A DNA stretch of 64,000 nt, taken from the NCBI GenBank assembly GCA_964651335.1, contig CAZYVT010000001.1, positions 42,171-106,170 on the forward strand. Direction: 5' to 3'. Position numbers and translations under genes: made by a program. The DNA is from an uncultured Enterobacteriaceae bacterium. Its GTDB lineage: Bacteria > Pseudomonadota > Gammaproteobacteria > Burkholderiales > SG8-39. The notes beneath the pieces were generated by a model, which saw nothing but the letters and a program-made list of their open reading frames with translations, had not been told where the DNA came from and did not search any database. Shown here in pieces: positions 56,873-64,000 of the stretch. The number at the start of each line of letters is the position of its first letter. Within the stretch, counting starts at the first letter, position 1.

Positions 56873-59614
56873 TCAGTGCGCCTGATCCCAGTTGTCGCCG
56901 ACACCGACATCCACAACGAGCGCCACGTCGAGCTTCGCCACGTTCTGCATCCGGTCGCGCACGCCTTCCTTGACCGTTTCGAGTTCGCCCTCGGGTACTT
57001 CCAGCACTAACTCGTCATGCACCTGCATGATGAGCTTCGTCCGAAGTTTCTCCCTGTCCAGCCAGCCCTGCACGGAAACCATCGCGAGCTTGATCAGGTC
57101 GGCGGCGGTCCCCTGCATCGGCGCGTTGATGGCGGCGCGCTCGGCGCCCTGGCGGCGCTGCGGGCTGCCGCTCTTCATCTCCGGTAGCCACAACCGGCGT
57201 CCAAAAACGGTCTCGACGTAGCCATCTTTCCTCGCCCGTTCCCGCGTCGCGTCCATGTAGCGCTTCACCGCGGGGTATCGCGCAAAATATGAGTCGATGT
57301 AAGCCTGCGCGGTGGCGCGCTCGATCCCGAGGTTCTGCGCCAGGCCAAACGACGACATCCCGTAGATCAGGCCGAAATTGATCACCTTGGCGGTTCGGCG
57401 CTCATCGGCGGTCACTTTCTCGAGCGGCAGGCCGAAGACGTCGGCGGCGGTGGCGCGGTGGACGTCGTGCCCGTGCGCAAAGGCGTGGCGCAACCCCTGG
57501 TCGCCCGAGATATGCGCCATGATGCGAAGTTCGATCTGCGAATAATCGGCGGAGAGGATTTTCCATCCGGGCGGCGCGATGAACGCCTCGCGGATGCGCC
57601 GTCCCTGCGGCGTGCGGACCGGGATGTTCTGCAGGTTGGGGTCGTTGGAAGCAAGGCGCCCGGTCACCGCCACCGCCTGCGAGTAGGTGGTATGCACGCG
57701 CTTCGTTTCCGCGTGCACCATCCGCGGCAGCTTGTCGGTGTAGGTCGATTTCAGCTTGGCGAGCGCACGGTACTCGAGCAGCAGTTTCGGCAGCGGGTAA
57801 TCGAGCGCCAGCTCGGCGAGCACGTCTTCGTCGGTCGAGGGTTGGCCGGAAGGCGTTTTTTTCTTTACCGGCAGCTTCTGGCGCTCGAACAGGATTTCCT
57901 GGATCTGCTTGGGCGAGTTGAGGTTAAAGGGCTGGCCCGCCGCCTGGTGGGCTCTTTGCTCGGTCCCGAACATTTCCTTGCCGAGCTCGTGGCTCTGCGC
58001 TTCGAGCTTGGCGGTATCGAGCAACACGCCGTTGCGTTCCATGCGAATGAGCACCGGCAGCACCGGCAGCTCGATTTGCTCGTAGATGTACTTCAACTTT
58101 TCGTCGGCGGCGATCTTCGGAAAAAGCACCTCATGCACGGCGGCCGTGCAGTCGGCATCTTCCGCCGCGTATTCGGTGGCGCGAGCGATCTCGACGCCGG
58201 AAAACGGAATCCGCGACGCGCCCTTTCCGGTGACGTCGTCGTAGGAGATTGTCTCCCAGCCCAGATATCGCCGGGCGAGCGAATCGAGATCGTGGCGCTC
58301 GTGCACTTCGTACACGTACGACTCGAGCAGCGTATCGTGCGCGATCCCCCGCAAGGCAATGCCGTGGTTGGCGAGGATGTGGGAATCGAACTTGAGGTTC
58401 TGCCCGACCTTGGCATGGCGCTCGCTCTCGAGCCACGGCTTGAGCAGCGTGAGCGCCTCGTCGAGCGCGATCTGCGGCGGCGCGCCGGGGTATTCATGGC
58501 AAAGAGGCAGGTAGAAGGCCGTGTCGCCGCACGCAAACGACATGCCGACCAGCCGCGCCGTCATCGGTTCAAGACCGGTCGTCTCCGTGTCGAAACCGAC
58601 GAGGTCCGCTTTCTCGAGCGCCGCGACCAGGTGACGCAACTCGGCGTCCTTGAAAACCGATTCATAGTTGCGCCGCTTGACGCCGGCCGGTGTTTCCACG
58701 GTCGGTGCAATTGCGGTGGCAAAACGCCTCGGCGGTGGCTCCTCTGGCGCGGTGCCATTCAACTCGCGTAACCAGGTCCGAAAGCCGAAGCGTTCGACGA
58801 GCTCTCTCAACCTCATCGGGTCCGTGCTTCTGTCCTCGAGATCGGCGAGCGTTACCGGAAGTTCCACGTCGCGCTTCACCGTGAGCAGTTGCCGGCCTGT
58901 CGGCAGCCAATCGAGGGCCTTGCGCAGGTTTTCACCCACCGTGCCGCCGACGTCCCCGGCGTGGGCGATTACGGAATCGAGCGTGCCGTACTGGTCGATC
59001 CATTTCGCGGCAGTTTTGGGTCCGACCATGTGCACGCCCGGCACGTTGTCCACGGCGTCGCCGACCAGCGCGAGGTAGTCGACGAATTTCCCGGGGTCGA
59101 CGCCGAACTTCGCTTTCACGCCCTCCGGATCGAGTCGCTCGTTCTGCATCGTGTTGACGAGCGTCACGCGCTCATCCACGAGCTGCGCCAGGTCCTTGTC
59201 GCCGGTCGAGATCACGCAGCGCCAGCCGTTGCGCTTCGCCTCCTCGGCGAGGGTCGCGATCACGTCGTCGGCTTCTACACCCTCGACGGCGAGCACCGGC
59301 CAGCCCAGTGCGGCGACCAGTTCCTTCAGCGGCTCGATCTGCGCGGCAAGGTCGTCCGGCATGGGCGGACGGTGCGCCTTGTATTCGGGATACTGCTCGT
59401 CGCGAAAGGTCTTGCCCTTGGCGTCGAATACGCAGGCGCGCGCCTGCGCCTTGTGATCAGCGGCGAGCCGCCGCAGCATGCTGGCAACGCCGTACACCGC
59501 GCCGGTCGGTTCGCCGCGCGTATTTTTCAGTTCCGGCAGTGCGTGGAATGCGCGGTACAGGTAGGACGAGCCGTCCACCAGCAGGAGCGTCTTTTCGGGA
59601 TTGTCGCCGGACAC
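56873..59614 (-). CDS. polA: DNA polymerase I
   Basis: 913 aa with 5' nuclease (LLLVDGSSYLYRAF), 3'-5' exonuclease (GFDTETT) and polymerase motifs A/B/C (DYSQIELR, RRTAKVINFGLIYG, QVHDEL). Confidence 0.95.
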   Translation of the reverse strand: MSGDNPEKTLLLVDGSSYLYRAFHALPELKNTRGEPTGAVYGVASMLRRLAADHKAQARACVFDAKGKTFRDEQYPEYKAHRPPMPDDLAAQIEPLKELVAALGWPVLAVEGVEADDVIATLAEEAKRNGWRCVISTGDKDLAQLVDERVTLVNTMQNERLDPEGVKAKFGVDPGKFVDYLALVGDAVDNVPGVHMVGPKTAAKWIDQYGTLDSVIAHAGDVGGTVGENLRKALDWLPTGRQLLTVKRDVELPVTLADLEDRSTDPMRLRELVERFGFRTWLRELNGTAPEEPPPRRFATAIAPTVETPAGVKRRNYESVFKDAELRHLVAALEKADLVGFDTETTGLEPMTARLVGMSFACGDTAFYLPLCHEYPGAPPQIALDEALTLLKPWLESERHAKVGQNLKFDSHILANHGIALRGIAHDTLLESYVYEVHERHDLDSLARRYLGWETISYDDVTGKGASRIPFSGVEIARATEYAAEDADCTAAVHEVLFPKIAADEKLKYIYEQIELPVLPVLIRMERNGVLLDTAKLEAQSHELGKEMFGTEQRAHQAAGQPFNLNSPKQIQEILFERQKLPVKKKTPSGQPSTDEDVLAELALDYPLPKLLLEYRALAKLKSTYTDKLPRMVHAETKRVHTTYSQAVAVTGRLASNDPNLQNIPVRTPQGRRIREAFIAPPGWKILSADYSQIELRIMAHISGDQGLRHAFAHGHDVHRATAADVFGLPLEKVTADERRTAKVINFGLIYGMSSFGLAQNLGIERATAQAYIDSYFARYPAVKRYMDATRERARKDGYVETVFGRRLWLPEMKSGSPQRRQGAERAAINAPMQGTAADLIKLAMVSVQGWLDREKLRTKLIMQVHDELVLEVPEGELETVKEGVRDRMQNVAKLDVALVVDVGVGDNWDQAH

Positions 59615-59700
59615 GATTTTCGCATTCTACGAGACGCGCGGTTTCGAGCTCTTCCCGTCCGCGCGCGAGATCCTGCTCGGCCTGTAGCGCGCGCGCCCTC

Positions 59701-59709
59701 TGGTAAAAT
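59701..59709 (+). promoter_or_regulatory. Extended -10-like element TGgTAAAAT, 7 nt upstream of the DUF2782 ATG (possible leaderless transcript)
   Basis: Read directly from the sequence. No -35 was evaluated with any confidence. Confidence 0.2.
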
Positions 59710-59716
59710 TGGCTCG

Positions 59717-60055
59717 ATGATCCGCCGCCTTCCCGCGCTCGCGCTTGCGTTGTTCGCATCGGCCGTCGTGGCGCAGACGCCGCCGAAGCTCGAGCCGCTG
59801 CCAGAGGTGCCGCCACCGCCTCCGGGCATTCGCGATATCGCGCCGGACGAGCCGCGCGTGCGCATCGCGCCTCAGGAAGGCGATCGCGTCGAGGAAATCC
59901 GCGACGGCGGGCGCGTGGTCATGCTCAAGGTTACGCCGCGCGACGGCCCGCCCTATTACCTGGTCGATACCACCGGCAACGGCAACTGGATGCGCCGCGA
60001 CTCGCTCGACGACGCAGTTCGCGTGCCGATGTGGCCGATCCGGACTTTCGACTGA
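59717..60055 (+). CDS. DUF2782-like secreted protein
   Basis: C-terminal part of ORF 58889..60055. Signal peptide MIRRLPALALALFASAVVA. Usual neighbour of polA and thrB. 112 aa. Confidence 0.7.
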   Translation: MIRRLPALALALFASAVVAQTPPKLEPLPEVPPPPPGIRDIAPDEPRVRIAPQEGDRVEEIRDGGRVVMLKVTPRDGPPYYLVDTTGNGNWMRRDSLDDAVRVPMWPIRTFD

Positions 60056-60113
60056 AGCTTGCGGGCGCGGGGCGGCGCCCGCCCACCCGAGCCAATGTTC
60101 CCGTGAGCGACCC

Positions 60114-61067
60114 ATGTCGGTCTTCACGCCCGTGTCGCAAAGCCAGCTCGCCGCCTGGCTGAGGACCTATTCGGTCGGTGCGCCGGTCGCGCTCGAGCCG
60201 ATTGCCGCGGGAATCGAAAACACCAATTACTTCGTCACCACGAGCCAGGGACGCTACGTACTCACGCTTTTTGAGCGTCTGCCCGCCGGGGAGCTTCCTT
60301 TCTACCTCGAACTCATGGCGCACCTTGCGCGCCACGGCATCCCGTGCCCCGCGCCGATCGCCGATCTCTCGGATCGATACCTCTCCGAACTCAATGGCAA
60401 GCCGGCCGCGCTGGTGACGCGGCTCGTGGGCAAATCCGTCGCGCGCCCCGGCTTGGTGCACTGTTCGGCGCTCGGCGCGCTGCTCGCGCGCATGCATCTC
60501 GCGGGTCGGTCCTACGCGGCGTACCGGGAAAATCTGCGCGGTCCGCAATGGTGGCGGGGCGCCGCGCGCCAGGTGCGCACGCTTCTGGATGGCGAGCGTC
60601 AGAAGCTGCTCGATGAAGAACTGCGCTTTCAGTCGCTATACCGGTTTCCCGACCTGCCGCGGGGGCCGGTACACGCCGATCTGTTTCGGGACAACGCGCT
60701 ATTCGAGGGCGAGCGCATCTCGGGGGTGATCGATTTCTACTTCGCCGGCGTGGACTGCCTGCTGTACGACCTCGCGGTATGCGCGAATGACTGGTGCCTC
60801 GTGGAACCGCGGACTGATGCCCGCCTCGACGAGCCCAGGACGGCCGCGCTGCTCGACGCATACCACGCGCTGCGTCCATTCACCGCACTGGAGCGGGGCG
60901 CGTGGCCCGTGCTCCTGCGCGCAGCCGCGCTCCGGTTCTGGCTTTCTCGTCTCTGCGACTATCACCTGCCGCGACCCGGACAACTCGTGAGCGTTCACGA
61001 CCCGGAGCATTTTCGCGCAGTCCTCGTGGCGCGGGCCGCGGCGCAGTCGGTGCCCTGGCCGCAATGA
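60114..61067 (+). CDS. thrB: Homoserine kinase (APH-fold ThrB type)
   Basis: Internal ATG of ORF 59745..61067. GIENTNYFV, HADLFRDN, IDFYFA. 317 aa. Confidence 0.85.
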   Translation: MSVFTPVSQSQLAAWLRTYSVGAPVALEPIAAGIENTNYFVTTSQGRYVLTLFERLPAGELPFYLELMAHLARHGIPCPAPIADLSDRYLSELNGKPAALVTRLVGKSVARPGLVHCSALGALLARMHLAGRSYAAYRENLRGPQWWRGAARQVRTLLDGERQKLLDEELRFQSLYRFPDLPRGPVHADLFRDNALFEGERISGVIDFYFAGVDCLLYDLAVCANDWCLVEPRTDARLDEPRTAALLDAYHALRPFTALERGAWPVLLRAAALRFWLSRLCDYHLPRPGQLVSVHDPEHFRAVLVARAAAQSVPWPQ

Positions 61068-61837
61068 AGGCCCGCGTCGTTTCATTTGCACGCGGTGCAC
61101 GCTGGCTCGGGGAAGGCTGGCGGCTGTTTCGTGTTTCCCCGCCGACCTGGCTCGCCCTGGTGTTCATGTACTGGATGATCATGACTGCGGTGAGTTTCGT
61201 GCCTTTCGTCGGGCTTGCTGCGGCGATCCTCCTGAACCCTGCTTTCTCGGTGGGGTTCATGGCAGCAAGCCGCAGCTGCGAACGCCGCAGCGCCCCCGAG
61301 CTGAGGCTCCTGTTCGAGGGGTTCCGCGGTCGGCCCGCGGTCCAGCTCGCCCTGGGGTGCGTTTACCTGGCGCTGCTCGCCGCGCTGCTCGGCGCAACGA
61401 CGCTCGCGGACGATGGTGCGCTCGCGCGCTGGATGCTGACCGGTCGCAGGCCGGACGAAGAGGTGCTGCAGTCCGACGAATTCCTTTCAGCGCTGGTGCT
61501 CGCGGCGGGCCTCTACCTTCCGGTCATGATGCTGTTCTGGTTCGCTCCCGTGCTCGGGGCCTGGCACGCCCAGGGCGCCGGAAAGGCGCTCTTTTTCAGC
61601 TTCCTCGCCAGCCTCCTCAATTGGCGGGCGTTCCTCGGCTACGGCCTGGTCGCCACGCTGGTGACCTTCGTGATCCCGTTCGTCGTCCTGAGCGTGGTGT
61701 TGCTCGTGTCGGGCGGCAAGATCAAGTTCGGCGTCATGGCGCTGGTCTTTCCTTTGCTGATCATCCTGCTGCCGACGCTGTTCGCGAGCTTCTATGCGAG
61801 CTACCGGGACGTGTTCGACGCGGAGCAGGAGGGTTAG
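61064..61837 (+). CDS. Conserved integral membrane protein (BPSS1780/DUF2189-like)
   Basis: Internal ATG of ORF 60902..61837 makes an ATGA overlap with the thrB stop. 5-6 predicted TM helices. Confidence 0.65.
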   Translation: MKARVVSFARGARWLGEGWRLFRVSPPTWLALVFMYWMIMTAVSFVPFVGLAAAILLNPAFSVGFMAASRSCERRSAPELRLLFEGFRGRPAVQLALGCVYLALLAALLGATTLADDGALARWMLTGRRPDEEVLQSDEFLSALVLAAGLYLPVMMLFWFAPVLGAWHAQGAGKALFFSFLASLLNWRAFLGYGLVATLVTFVIPFVVLSVVLLVSGGKIKFGVMALVFPLLIILLPTLFASFYASYRDVFDAEQEG

Positions 61838-61988
61838 ACCGCGATGCAGTCCCGTCGTGCCGGCAGGGGCTGGCGCGGTTCTCGGATGACACGGGCGCCG
61901 AGGCCGACTATATTGTGCGGCAGTAAGTGCCTGGCGCACCGCAATGCCAACGCTTGGGAAAGGCCGATCGTAATGCGGCAGAGGGCTC

Positions 61989-63596
61989 GTGTCTGACTTC
62001 GACCTGCCGGGTCTTGCTCCGCACGCGGCGCCGGAGTTCGTCGATTCCGCCACCGCGAAGGGGTGGGTGGACAGCGTCCCGCTCGCGAACGTGGCGGTCG
62101 CGCAGCACCAGCTGCGGTTGCAGGTGGAGGAATTCAACCGCTACTCGACGCCGGCCCCGGCGCGCCTCGAGACGCTCGAAGCGCTGCGCGAAGCGGTCAA
62201 CTTCGTGCAGATCGAGCAGGCCAAGCGGTTCACTCATCGGGCGCTGCCGATCGCTCCGGCAGAAGCGGAGGTGTTTGAGGACACCATCGGGCTCTGGGAG
62301 CAGATGCGGATCGGCTACCTGCGCTGCCTCGACGCGGCGGTCCGCAACGAGGCGGGGACGAGGGCGCGCGCAGGGCTCATCTGCCAGCGCGCGCTCGCCT
62401 ACGCGGGCCTGAAGATGTTCCATCACCACCGCGCCTATCGGCAGGTGCCGAGGGGCGAATGGCGCGGCCTGCACCAGGTCTACGCGGCCGCGGAGAAACT
62501 CGGGGTGGGCGAGGAGCCGGTCAAGGACTACCTCAACCGCGACGTACACGACACGTCGCCGCGCATCGCTTACATGCGGGCGATCCTGACCAGCATCGCC
62601 AATCCGAACGAGCTCAGCCAGCGGCAGCTCACGTTCGTCGCCTACCTGCTGGAGCGCTGGTCCGAGAAGGTCGAGGTTGTGAGCCAGCGGGTCGATGAGG
62701 GCGACATGCCGCCGCTCATCGTCGATCTGGAGAGCGATGCGCGTCCCGAGCGCGACGGTCCGCCTGCGGCGGTGCCGCGCTACCTCGATACGCGGCCCTT
62801 GGGAAAGAGCCTGCGCAACCGTATCGGCCTGCTGCGCCGGGGTGAATCGCCGGCCAAGCTCGCCCTGGGCGAGGATTGCGTGCAGCCCTCGTGCGAGCAA
62901 CTGCTGGTGTTTCTCTACCGTCAGTGGCTGCAGCCGCGCATGGCGCGCGCCGTCGAGCGAAAGCGCGTCGACAGCATTGCCCAGGCCTGCCAGGACATGG
63001 CGGCAATTCATTACTATGTCTCGGGCCGCGCATTCCGCCAGCCGGGGGGGCAAACAGAACTCACCAAGAAGCAACGCGACGAGATCGCAACCTTCGGGCA
63101 CGTCAGCACGCGCGAGGACCACGCGGCCAGCGCACAGAATTTTTTGCTCGAGCGCTGGCACATCGAGGACGACAGCGCGCAGGGAGTCAAAATCATGCGC
63201 CGTGCGGGGAATCCCGGCACGCGCTACACGCATGGCCAACTGATCGGAGTGCGGCCTGAAGGAGCGGGCCAATTCGTCCTCGGGCAGGTGCGCTGGCTGC
63301 TGCAGGCCGAGAACGACGACCTCTACCTGGGAATCCGACTGCTGCCCGGCCTTCCCGCCGGAATTGCGGCAAGACCGACAGGCCCCACCGCAACGAGGGA
63401 GCAGTTCGTGCCCGCCCTTTCGCTCACTGCAGTAGCCGCCCTCGAGGCACCCCCGACACTGGTGCTGCCCTCGGGCTGGTACCGGCCGAATCGCGTCATC
63501 GAGGTCTTTCTCGAGTCCACCGTCCGGGTGCGGTTGCTCGAGTTCCTTGATCGCGGCAGCGACTTCGAGCGGCTGACCTACGAAACCGTGCCATAA
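61989..63596 (+). CDS. Conserved hypothetical protein
   Basis: 535-aa ORF with protein-like composition and a GTG start. No family recognised with confidence. Confidence 0.55.
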   Translation: MSDFDLPGLAPHAAPEFVDSATAKGWVDSVPLANVAVAQHQLRLQVEEFNRYSTPAPARLETLEALREAVNFVQIEQAKRFTHRALPIAPAEAEVFEDTIGLWEQMRIGYLRCLDAAVRNEAGTRARAGLICQRALAYAGLKMFHHHRAYRQVPRGEWRGLHQVYAAAEKLGVGEEPVKDYLNRDVHDTSPRIAYMRAILTSIANPNELSQRQLTFVAYLLERWSEKVEVVSQRVDEGDMPPLIVDLESDARPERDGPPAAVPRYLDTRPLGKSLRNRIGLLRRGESPAKLALGEDCVQPSCEQLLVFLYRQWLQPRMARAVERKRVDSIAQACQDMAAIHYYVSGRAFRQPGGQTELTKKQRDEIATFGHVSTREDHAASAQNFLLERWHIEDDSAQGVKIMRRAGNPGTRYTHGQLIGVRPEGAGQFVLGQVRWLLQAENDDLYLGIRLLPGLPAGIAARPTGPTATREQFVPALSLTAVAALEAPPTLVLPSGWYRPNRVIEVFLESTVRVRLLEFLDRGSDFERLTYETVP

Positions 63597-63655
63597 GAAA
63601 GGTCAGAAGACTCGTCTCCAGGATTAGAAGCGAGCGTTCGCTTTCGATAAAGACA

Positions 63656-64000
63656 ATGTCAAATGTAGACTTTGGCTACAAACAGGTACCTGTAGGGGAA
63701 AAGGGTCAGCGTGTCGGGCAGGTGTTCGATCGGGTCGCAGAGCGCTACGACCTGATGAACGATCTCATGTCGCTCGGACTGCACCGCGCCTGGAAGCGAT
63801 TCACAGTCTGGCTGGCGCGGGTGCGGCCGGGCGAGCACGTGCTCGATGTCGCCTCCGGCAGCGGTGATCTCGCCCGCGCGCTGAGCGCGCGCGGCGCCGA
63901 GGTCTGGATGAGCGATATCAACGGCCGCATGCTGGCTGTGGGACGCGACCGCGCGCTGGACGCGGGGCGCATCATGCCGGCCATCCGGTGCGACGCCGAG
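63656..64000 (+). CDS. ubiE: Ubiquinone/menaquinone C-methyltransferase UbiE (N-terminal part, runs off window)
   Basis: Not in the ORF track because it has no stop in the window. ATG at 63656 gives MSNVDFGYKQVPVGEKGQRVGQVFDRVAERYDLMNDLMSLGLHRAWKR and the SAM motif VLDVASGSGDLA. Confidence 0.85.
   Translation, partial: MSNVDFGYKQVPVGEKGQRVGQVFDRVAERYDLMNDLMSLGLHRAWKRFTVWLARVRPGEHVLDVASGSGDLARALSARGAEVWMSDINGRMLAVGRDRALDAGRIMPAIRCDAE

Noticed and set aside
63100-63420. PilZ (c-di-GMP binding) domain at the C-terminus of the 535-aa hypothetical protein.
   Set aside because: A DxSxxG-like string (DDSAQG) and beta-rich sequence are present, but I could not find the partner RxxxR motif upstream. 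The assignment is too weak to report.

Overview
This is a high-GC chromosomal segment. Hand counts of single 60-nt lines give about 63-70% GC. Gene content and synteny look betaproteobacterial, but the species cannot be named from sequence alone. Most of the window is tightly packed housekeeping DNA: ntrYX-trkAH, metH, accBC-prmA, aroQ, mpl, aroE-mtgA, mgtE, hemL-thiED, rubredoxin-yqgE-ruvX-pyrR-pyrB-pyrC', rlpA-dacC-dat-ybeD-lipBA, polA, thrB and ubiE. I support about 65 CDS. Many were trimmed from over-long ORF-track entries by protein-family recognition and by start/stop coupling with neighbours. I saw no rRNA, tRNA or CRISPR array. There are three accessory regions. (1) An AT-richer island at about 36.5-43.4 kb (48-50% GC by spot counts) lies between the convergent 3' ends of mgtE and hemL. 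It carries an IS110-family transposase, a three-gene plus-strand cassette and a decayed transposase remnant. The cassette encodes a TPR/HExxH protein interrupted by a G11 homopolymer, then a PD-(D/E)xK + SF1 helicase (DUF2075/Schlafen-like) fused to a LexA-type S24 peptidase domain, then a MazG-like NTP pyrophosphohydrolase. This cassette is my best candidate for an undescribed system, probably phage or mobile-element defence. (2) A MarR-associated catabolic cluster at 9.9-17.6 kb has two ANL CoA ligases, a thioesterase, an SDR, a LigB/HpaD-type extradiol dioxygenase coupled to maiA and an FAH hydrolase, and a small Gly-Gly-terminated chimeric ORF coupled to one ligase. (3) A small toxin-antitoxin patch at 55.7-56.7 kb. 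Other oddities are an unlisted 31-codon Thx-like ribosomal protein gene, a PrmA with an apparent in-frame loss of about 100 residues, a catalytically degenerate PyrC', and a terminator-like hairpin just upstream of metH. All family assignments rest on motif recognition from memory and need HMM or structure confirmation.
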